A stretch of 32,000 nucleotides of DNA from Bifidobacterium longum subsp. longum JCM 1217. Lineage in GTDB: Bacteria > Actinomycetota > Actinomycetes > Actinomycetales > Bifidobacteriaceae. Made by a program: the position numbers and the translations under genes. Below are positions 26,705 to 32,000 of the stretch, one piece after another; the first letter of the stretch is position 1; the number at the start of each line of letters is the position of its first letter. The stretch covers positions 330,001-362,000 of the forward strand of contig NC_015067.1 in NCBI RefSeq assembly GCF_000196555.1. Reading direction: 5' to 3'. A model generated the notes under the pieces. The model searched no databases, had not been told where the DNA came from, and saw nothing but the letters and a program-made list of their open reading frames with translations.

Positions 26705-26710
26705 ACCGCC

Positions 26711-26716
26711 ATTATC
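26711..26716 (-). promoter_or_regulatory. Candidate -10 element (GATAAT on the minus strand) 6 nt upstream of the ogt ATG; the transcript may be leaderless
   Basis: The minus strand reads GATAAT-GGCGGT-ATG. Confidence 0.3.
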
Positions 26717-26838
26717 GCGCGTTGAGGGATGAAGCCCATACCGTGCCTGATTCCATGAAGGACGGCACGTCGGCGTAGTTCGGGAACTTCACTTCGGCGC
26801 TCGATAATCGTTGGAAAACCGGTGGGACACGCGGGGGC

Positions 26839-26867
26839 TTGGCTTTTTCCTGAGATTGGCGTATCTT
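26839..26867 (+). promoter_or_regulatory. Candidate promoter TTGGCT-N17-TATCTT for the tRNA cluster
   Basis: The hexamers lie at 26839-26844 and 26862-26867. The -10 hexamer ends 30 nt upstream of tRNA-Gly. Confidence 0.3.
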
Positions 26868-26897
26868 TGTCACCTGTTGCCTGTGAAGGTAACACAT

Positions 26898-26970
26898 GCG
26901 GACATAGCTTAGTTGGTAAAGCGCAACCTTGCCAAGGTTGAGACCGCGGGTTCGAGTCCCGTTGTCCGCT
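26898..26970 (+). tRNA. tRNA-Gly (anticodon GCC)
   Basis: Folded by hand. Acceptor GCGGACA/TGTCCGC, anticodon stem CAACC/GGTTG with loop TTGCCAA, T arm GCGGG-TTCGAGT-CCCGT. CCA is not encoded. Confidence 0.93.
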
Positions 26971-27016
26971 CTCGGATGGTTGATTCATGCTGATTGATTC
27001 GACCGGATGATGACCC

Positions 27017-27088
27017 GGGCGGTTGGCGCAGTGGTAGCGCACTTCCCTGACACGGAAGGGGTCACAAGTTCGAATCTTGTATCGCCCA
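27017..27088 (+). tRNA. tRNA-Val (anticodon GAC)
   Basis: Acceptor GGGCGGT/ATCGCCC, anticodon stem CTTCC/GGAAG with loop CTGACAC, T arm ACAAG-TTCGAAT-CTTGT. Confidence 0.93.
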
Positions 27089-27100
27089 CTCGATGAATCG

Positions 27101-27124
27101 CCGGCAGAATGTTGCCGGTTTTTT
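27101..27124 (+). terminator. Canonical intrinsic terminator located between the two tRNA-Val genes
   Basis: CCGGCA gaatgt TGCCGG followed by TTTTTT. It ends 12 nt before the next tRNA. Confidence 0.65.
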
Positions 27125-27136
27125 CATCACAGGCTC

Positions 27137-27209
27137 GGGCGATTGGCGCAGCGGCTAGCGCACTTCGTTCACACCGAAGGGGTCGTAGGTTCGATTCCTA
27201 CATCGCCCA
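27137..27209 (+). tRNA. tRNA-Val (anticodon CAC)
   Basis: Acceptor GGGCGAT/ATCGCCC, anticodon stem CTTCG/CGAAG with loop TTCACAC, T arm GTAGG-TTCGATT-CCTAC. Confidence 0.93.
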
Positions 27210-27219
27210 CCCGAGATTC

Positions 27220-27253
27220 ACGCTCGTTGGCCATGTGGCCGCGAGCGTTTTTT
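27220..27253 (+). terminator. Intrinsic terminator after the tRNA cluster
   Basis: ACGCTCG ..GGCCA tg TGGCC.. CGAGCGT followed by TTTTT. Confidence 0.75.
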
Positions 27254-27339
27254 CATAATCGATGTATTCCGATTATGCCGGTCCAATCGGGGTGCGGGCT
27301 AGAATGCCGCGGAGCCGGCAGAATGGCGGGATTCCGCCG

Positions 27340-27374
27340 ATGCAACCTGTGGTTGCGCGCGAATATGCAACCTG
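27340..27374 (+). promoter_or_regulatory. Palindrome plus a direct repeat upstream of the XRE gene, a possible operator
   Basis: GCAACC tgt GGTTGC at 27342-27356. ATGCAACCTG is repeated at 27340-27349 and 27365-27374. Confidence 0.35.
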
Positions 27375-27465
27375 AAGATGGTGGCGCGGAACTGGTTTGC
27401 CGTGGCATAGTGAGGGCATCGGCCGAATATGTCATGATGAGCATTACCTATGAAGGGACACTCCG

Positions 27466-28362
27466 ATGAGCTTCCGCGCCAACCTGCAATACCTGCGCGC
27501 ACAACGCAACATGCCCCAGGAACAGCTGGCCATGTTGCTCGGCGTCTCGCGCCAGGCCATCTCCAAATGGGAATCCGAGAAGGCCTATCCCGAGATGGAC
27601 AAGCTGCTTATGATCTGCGACCTGTTCGGTTGCACGCTTGATGACCTGGTACTTGGCGATGTGAGTGCGAGCGTGAACGTGGGTGCGGCCGCGCGCGGCG
27701 CAGCGGAGGGCGACCATGGCTCGGCTGCCAGAACCGTAACCGGGGAGGGAGCCGGGGAACCCGCGTATATGAAGGATGCTGATGGGAACATCGGTGAATC
27801 AGCGCGGTCCGGCGGTGACGGCATCAATGGCCCGAGCTCCGCAAATGCATTGCCCGGCGAAATGTTGCACGGAACCAGTTCATCACGTCCCGGCACGCTG
27901 GCTAATGTGGCTGCCTTACCGCAGGATCTGACCGGCTACGATGAACACCGCTGCCGATTCGCGCTACTGATTGCCGGCGGTGTCGCGGCGATTATCGCGG
28001 GAGCCGGCATCGGCAACCTGTTCGATTCCGATAATTCCATTCTCGGCGTGACGCCACTCAACGATTTTCTGACATTCCTGGGCATCTGCGTGGGCGTGAT
28101 TATCGGGCTGGCGATGCTGATTCCGGGCGGCATGTCACATACCGACTTCAAACGGCGGCATCCCTATGTCGAGGATTTCTATGCTGCGAGATGTCGCCCT
28201 CGGCACAGAGTTGCCGAGGGCCGGCAAATCACTCCCGCGTCGGGTCCTTTTGCAGGAGCAGGAAGACGAGTGCCGCGACGAGCAGGACGGCGATGGAGAG
28301 CACGCCGAGCGAGGCGTTGCCGGTCAGGGACGTGGTGGTGGCCACCAGGAAGGTGCCGATGA
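27466..28362 (+). CDS. XRE-family helix-turn-helix protein with a low-complexity linker and two TM helices; the 3' end is doubtful
   Basis: N-terminal HTH QEQLAMLLGVSRQAISKWESEKAYPEMDKLLMICDLFGCTLDDLV. TM segments FALLIAGGVAAIIAGAGIG and FLTFLGICVGVIIGLAMLI. GAAGGGA lies upstream. The last roughly 56 codons run through a hairpin and are antisense to the MFS gene. Confidence 0.7.
   Translation: MSFRANLQYLRAQRNMPQEQLAMLLGVSRQAISKWESEKAYPEMDKLLMICDLFGCTLDDLVLGDVSASVNVGAAARGAAEGDHGSAARTVTGEGAGEPAYMKDADGNIGESARSGGDGINGPSSANALPGEMLHGTSSSRPGTLANVAALPQDLTGYDEHRCRFALLIAGGVAAIIAGAGIGNLFDSDNSILGVTPLNDFLTFLGICVGVIIGLAMLIPGGMSHTDFKRRHPYVEDFYAARCRPRHRVAEGRQITPASGPFAGAGRRVPRRAGRRWRARRARRCRSGTWWWPPGRCR
28196..28221. 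terminator. Perfect 10-bp-stem hairpin 7 nt downstream of the MFS stop codon, lying inside the XRE ORF
   Basis: GCCCTCGGCA (28196-28205), loop CAGAGT, TGCCGAGGGC (28212-28221). There is no U-tract on either strand. Confidence 0.55.
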
Positions 28363-29512
28363 TCGAGGCGGTCTTGCCGAAGATATCGTAGAAGCCGTAG
28401 TACTCGTTGGCGTGATCCTTGGGGATGATCTTGCCGTAGTACGAGCGGGAGAGCGCCTGGATGCCGCCCTGGAACATGCCGACCAGAATCGCCAGAATCC
28501 AGAACTCCACGGCCGACTTCAGGAAGAACGCGGCGAAGAACACGATGCACATGTATGCCACGACCGCCGCCGTGATCATCGCCTTGCAACCGAATCGCGC
28601 CGCCAGGCGGCCGTAGAGAATCGCGCAGGGGAAGGCCACGAACTGCGTGACGAGCAGTGCCACCACCAGCTGGGTGGAGTCGATGCCAAGCTCGGCACCG
28701 TAGGAGGTACTCATCGAAATCACCGTGTTCACGGCATCGATGTAGAAGAAGAACGCGATCATGAACATCCACAACGGCTTGTTCTTCACGATTTTGCCGA
28801 ACGTGCCCGCCAGTTCGCTGAACGTGCCGCGCACGGCCGAGCCCAGCTGGTCACGGGTGGCGCGATAGTGCACTTGGCGGTAGCTGGTAAGCAGCGGGAT
28901 GGTGAATGCCACCCACCAGATGGCGGTGATGATGAACGAGGCGCGCGTGCAAGCCACCGTGGACCAGTCGAAGAGCGACGGGCCGCCGAAGATCAGCGCG
29001 ATGCAGAAGATGAACGGCACGGTGGAGCCGATGTAGCCCCAGCCGTAGCCATGCGAGGAGACCTTGTCCATGCGCTCGTTCGAGGTGGCGTCGATGAGCA
29101 TCGAATCGTAGAACGTTAGCGAGCCGTTGAGGCCGATGGTCGCCAGAATGTAGACGACTAGGAACGGTAGCCAGGTCAGGGGCAGGGCCATTGCGCAGCA
29201 GGTGACCACGCCAGTGCCGAAGAAGCCAAGGAAGAACTTGATTTTCATGCCTTGCACGTCGGCGATGGAGCCGAGCAACGGCATGAGCAGCGCGATGACC
29301 AAGGAAGCAATGGTTTGCGCGTAGCCCCAGGCGGACACGATGTTGCCGTCCGCCGGCATCAGCGATTTGGCGTAAATGGGGATGACGGCGGTGGACAGCA
29401 GCACGAATGCCGAGTTGCCGACGTCGTAGATGATCCACTTCTTCTCGCGGGCGGTCAGTTTGGCGCTTTGCGGCACCGGTTCGTGGACATTCGTGGGATC
29501 AGTCATATACAC
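28229..29512 (-). CDS. MFS transporter, UMF1 / Atg22-like family
   Basis: 427 aa with about 12 hydrophobic segments. The N-terminal KKWIIYDVGNSAF motif is typical of UMF1. GAGGAG lies 5 nt upstream of the ATG at 29512. Confidence 0.8.
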   Translation of the reverse strand: MYMTDPTNVHEPVPQSAKLTAREKKWIIYDVGNSAFVLLSTAVIPIYAKSLMPADGNIVSAWGYAQTIASLVIALLMPLLGSIADVQGMKIKFFLGFFGTGVVTCCAMALPLTWLPFLVVYILATIGLNGSLTFYDSMLIDATSNERMDKVSSHGYGWGYIGSTVPFIFCIALIFGGPSLFDWSTVACTRASFIITAIWWVAFTIPLLTSYRQVHYRATRDQLGSAVRGTFSELAGTFGKIVKNKPLWMFMIAFFFYIDAVNTVISMSTSYGAELGIDSTQLVVALLVTQFVAFPCAILYGRLAARFGCKAMITAAVVAYMCIVFFAAFFLKSAVEFWILAILVGMFQGGIQALSRSYYGKIIPKDHANEYYGFYDIFGKTASIIGTFLVATTTSLTGNASLGVLSIAVLLVAALVFLLLQKDPTRE

Positions 29513-29543
29513 TCCTCGACAGTATTCAACTCAATCTATCGTA

Positions 29544-29681
29544 GAAGCGCGGACTAGGGTAGGGGAGCCATTCCGGTTGAACGGCGGATGAATAATGCCG
29601 GGCCTCTTTCTAAGGGGAGCCAGAGCAAAAATAGCTCCCCTCGCTGAGGGGAGCTGGCCGCGAAGCGGACTGGGGGGAGCT
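29544..29681. repeat. Cluster of GGGGAGC-hairpin repeat modules filling the MFS / PfkB spacer
   Basis: AGCTCCCCTC gct GAGGGGAGCTG (29633-29656) plus GCGGACTGGGGGGAGCT (29665-29681). Partial copies are GCGCGGACTAGGGTAGGGGAGCC (29547-29569) and AAGGGGAGCC (29612-29621). Confidence 0.7.
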
Positions 29682-29693
29682 ACCTATAGTCGA

Positions 29694-30710
29694 CTATTCG
29701 CCGATCAGCGCGATGGCCTCGTCGTAATCGGGGCATTGCGGCACGCCGTTGAGGCTGTGCTGGATGGCGATGGATGCCGCCGCGTTGGCGATCTTTACCG
29801 ATTCGGCCAGACTATGGCCCTTTGCCAGCATCGCGCACATCACGCCGGTGTGGCAACCGCCCGCCGAACGGGTGTGTACGGCCTTGGTCGGGTATCCCTC
29901 GATATGAATCGTCTCGCCACCTGGCTCACGAATCCAAGCGCCGCGGGCGCCGACACGCACCACCAGCGGCGCGCGCAGTGTAGCGCCCAAGCCGTCGCAC
30001 AACTGGTGCATGAAGTCGTCAAGTCCGCCGCCAATGGTGACTTTGCTGTCGTCGATTGGCGCACCAAGTCGCTCGGCCAGCGTCATGGCCTCCTGACGGT
30101 TGCAGGACCAGACCGGGCGTGCGAGCACCAGGTCCTCAAGCATATGGTCGTTGACCAAACGCAACGTATTGGTGGGGTTGATCACCAGCGTGTAGTCGCG
30201 TGCAGCCGGGTCGGTACCGGCCTTGAGCAGGAATCCGTCCACGCCGGTGGCCGTGTGGTCCATCAGTGTGTTGCCGCTGATGTGCACCACGTCTTTGGGC
30301 TGCGGCTCCAGCGTGTCGAACGTGTCCGAGTCGCCATGAGCCTCGGCGCCATAGGAAGCGATGAATGTCTTCTTCGGCGCGCCGGAGCTCAGCACCACGC
30401 GGAAGCCGGAATCCTCATCAAGACGATCCTGGCCGATATGCGTAATGCCGTTGTCTTGGAATGACTGGCGGATGAAATGCGCCCACAGGCCGTTGCCCAG
30501 AATGCCGGCGTGCTCGGTCGGCACGCCCATGCGGCTGGCCGCCTGCAGCACGCGATAGCTGCCGCCAATGGAGGGCTTCGGATGATCGGCCACGGCGAAT
30601 CCGCCCTGTGCCGGCACCTTGTCCACATTGAGCATAATGTCCACCCAGACTTGCCCCAGTGAAATCACGCTGGGCTCGTGAGTGCCGATACCTCGCTTGA
30701 GATTCAACAT
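29694..30710 (-). CDS. PfkB (ribokinase-like) family protein with a degenerate catalytic motif
   Basis: Ribokinase-like N-terminal GG region (PSIGGSYRVLQAASRMG) and C-terminal ...AVHTRSAGGCHTGVM... where RbsK has AVDTIAAGDTFNGAL. The start is set at the ATG at 30710, preceded by GAAGGAGG; the track start at 30737 is a GTG with no SD. Confidence 0.75.
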   Translation of the reverse strand: MLNLKRGIGTHEPSVISLGQVWVDIMLNVDKVPAQGGFAVADHPKPSIGGSYRVLQAASRMGVPTEHAGILGNGLWAHFIRQSFQDNGITHIGQDRLDEDSGFRVVLSSGAPKKTFIASYGAEAHGDSDTFDTLEPQPKDVVHISGNTLMDHTATGVDGFLLKAGTDPAARDYTLVINPTNTLRLVNDHMLEDLVLARPVWSCNRQEAMTLAERLGAPIDDSKVTIGGGLDDFMHQLCDGLGATLRAPLVVRVGARGAWIREPGGETIHIEGYPTKAVHTRSAGGCHTGVMCAMLAKGHSLAESVKIANAAASIAIQHSLNGVPQCPDYDEAIALIGE

Positions 30711-30725
30711 GACAGCCTCCTTCGT

Positions 30726-30753
30726 CGTAAGTTGCACGTCGCAAGTTGCACGA
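30726..30753. repeat. 14-bp tandem direct repeat abutting the PfkB ribosome-binding site
   Basis: CGTAAGTTGCACGT followed by CGCAAGTTGCACGA. It contains the palindromic core GCAAGTTGC. Related CGCAAGTT and CGCAAGAGTTGCG sequences lie at 30953 and 31005. Confidence 0.7.
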
Positions 30754-30870
30754 GGACCCCTTCGTCCCTTGCCGTCTCTTATACCGAGATTATATGAGAG
30801 TTTGCTGGATGCGGAAAAGGAAGGCCGGCGTGTTTTATCGGGTAAACGCTATGATTTGCAGCGTAATTCG

Positions 30871-31002
30871 CCGCTGGCGAACTGCTGACGAACTACTTGC
30901 GGACCGCTGGCGAACCAATGCCGAGCCGCTCGTGAACCGCTGATGGCCCACTCGCAAGTTACGCTCGAACCGCGCGTGAACCGCCGAGGTTCGCCCATGA
31001 TA
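30871..31002. repeat. Degenerate tandem array with an 11-bp period, about 11-12 units, consensus CCGCTGGCGAA
   Basis: Cutting 30871 onward into 11-mers gives ccgctggcgaa, ctgctgacgaa, ctacttgcgga, ccgctggcgaa, ccaatgccgag, ccgctcgtgaa, ccgctgatggc, ccactcgcaag, ttacgctcgaa, ccgcgcgtgaa, ccgccgaggtt. Confidence 0.75.
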
Positions 31003-31127
31003 CACGCAAGAGTTGCGGTTGTCGGTATTGGGCTATATATTTGTGAAGTTGTGTGTTCGGCATGTCGGGTGAAACCGGCGGTCGAATGCGTGAAAGACTT
31101 GACACATCAAGGTTAAGGGAGTCCATC

Positions 31128-31322
31128 ATGGCAGCTCGTTGCGCAGTGTGCGGCAAGGGACCGCAGACCGGTTTCACCGTTTCCCATTCGCACCGTCGTA
31201 CCAAGCGTAGCTTCCGCCCGAACCTGCAGTCTGTGCGCACCACGATTGATGGCGAGAACACTCGCCTGCGCGTGTGCGTCAAGTGCCTCAAGGCTGGCAA
31301 GGTTCAGCGCGTGGCCGCGTGA
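31128..31322 (+). CDS. rpmB: 50S ribosomal protein L28 (Zn-ribbon C+ form)
   Basis: [34 protein letters not shown]... with CxxC at both ends (CAVC, CVKC). AAGGGAG lies upstream of the ATG at 31128. Confidence 0.93.
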
Positions 31323-31341
31323 ATCGCGTACTAACGTGGAG

Positions 31342-31382
31342 CAAAACCCGTTTGAGCTTCGGCTTGGCGGGTTTTGTTGTTT
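31342..31382 (+). terminator. Intrinsic terminator after rpmB
   Basis: CAAAACCCG (31342-31350) pairs with CGGGTTTTG (31368-31376), followed by the T-rich TTGTTTCT. Confidence 0.75.
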
Positions 31383-31407
31383 CTGCGGCCTAAAGAGGCC
31401 GTGCGAA

Positions 31408-31413
31408 TAGAAT
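31408..31413 (+). promoter_or_regulatory. Candidate -10 element (TAGAAT) 8 nt upstream of the recG ATG; the transcript may be leaderless
   Basis: TAGAAT-AGGCCAAT-ATG, with no SD sequence. Confidence 0.3.
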
Positions 31414-31421
31414 AGGCCAAT

Positions 31422-32000
31422 ATGAGCATCACTATGGGCACCACTCTCGCTTCGCTGGTCACCAACAAGCGTCGCGTGTCCGCGCTCAAATCGCTGGGAA
31501 TCGTCACTGTCGGCGACGCCTTGACCTACTATCCTTTCCGCGTCACCGAACCGGTGCCGCTTCGCGCCATCCGCGAGGCCGCACCCGGCCAGCAGATGGC
31601 ATTTGCCGCCGTGATACGAGATATGCGCGTGGTGCCGATGAACGCTCGCCGCGGCTACCGACTCGAAGCGACGGTCGATGACGCCGACTTCGCCCGGTCT
31701 CGTCGCGTACCCGGCAGTACGGCCCGGCTCACGTTCTTCTCGTATCGTAAATCGTATGTGGATTGGGTCAGCGTGCGACTGCGCGCCGGCACGTCTGTGG
31801 TGGTCTCCGGTATGCCCGGCGAATACATGGGTCAGCTGCAGTTCACCCATCCCGAAATCCTCACTGTCGCGCCCGTGCCGGCCGGAGCAGGAGCGGGGCT
31901 TGAGGGTTACGCTCGGGGCGCGGCATCCGGCAATGGTGCGTTTGCGGGAAGTGCCGATCCGTATGCCAGTGCGCAGTCCGCGTATCCGCCGGCCGCGACT
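31422..32000 (+). CDS. recG: ATP-dependent DNA helicase RecG, N-terminal part; the 3' end lies outside the window
   Basis: The frame is open from the ATG at 31422 to the window end (193 codons). It is absent from the ORF track because it has no stop codon. My own translation is MSITMGTTLASLVTNKRRVSALKSLGIVTVGDALTYYPFRV..., which resembles the RecG N-terminus and wedge region. It sits downstream of rpmB, as in other actinobacteria as I recall. Confidence 0.65.
   Translation, partial: MSITMGTTLASLVTNKRRVSALKSLGIVTVGDALTYYPFRVTEPVPLRAIREAAPGQQMAFAAVIRDMRVVPMNARRGYRLEATVDDADFARSRRVPGSTARLTFFSYRKSYVDWVSVRLRAGTSVVVSGMPGEYMGQLQFTHPEILTVAPVPAGAGAGLEGYARGAASGNGAFAGSADPYASAQSAYPPAAT

Noticed and set aside
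29551-29570. GGGTAGGGGAGCC, which resembles the conserved GGUAGGGGA segment of the ydaO (c-di-AMP) riboswitch, upstream of the MFS transporter
   Set aside because: The motif is on the plus strand, but the MFS gene is on the minus strand. The other conserved ydaO segments are not evident. The GGGGAGC repeat family explains the sequence better.

Overview
This is a high-GC actinobacterial chromosome segment. Gene order and protein sequences look Bifidobacterium-like, but that is a guess from memory and I could not verify it. It is densely packed with core housekeeping genes. In order: atpH (5' end cut by the window), atpA, atpG, atpD, atpC; nucS/EndoMS; an FKBP-type lipoprotein; a translationally coupled membrane-protein plus lipoprotein pair of unknown function; a Cys-free thioredoxin-fold/TPR protein; a CYTH protein; tRNA-Arg(CCG); ridA; a PlsC-type acyltransferase; gpsA; ddl; a four-gene ABC importer; a CPBP intramembrane protease; an MscS channel; aspA; a TetR regulator; a DUF2974-like alpha/beta hydrolase; ogt; tRNA-Gly(GCC), tRNA-Val(GAC) and tRNA-Val(CAC); an XRE-family membrane regulator; a UMF1/Atg22-type MFS transporter; a divergent PfkB-like kinase; rpmB; and the 5' part of recG, which is open at the window end and absent from the ORF track. 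I saw no transposase, integrase, CRISPR array, toxin-antitoxin pair or recognisable defence genes. I cannot point to a convincing new multi-gene system. The unexplained signals are small-scale. (1) A composite pair of 26-bp palindromes occurs once in an intergenic spacer and once in-frame inside nucS, where it encodes about 30 extra residues. (2) Two tandem arrays have roughly helical-turn periods: a 10-bp unit repeated 4 times exactly, and a degenerate 11-bp unit repeated about 11 times. (3) A GGGGAGC-hairpin repeat family occurs at two loci. (4) Several direct or inverted repeat clusters sit in promoter regions. (5) The PfkB-like protein lacks the catalytic Asp. (6) The XRE ORF reads through a terminator hairpin into the convergent MFS gene. 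The many long ORFs antisense to real genes are high-GC shadow ORFs and were rejected.
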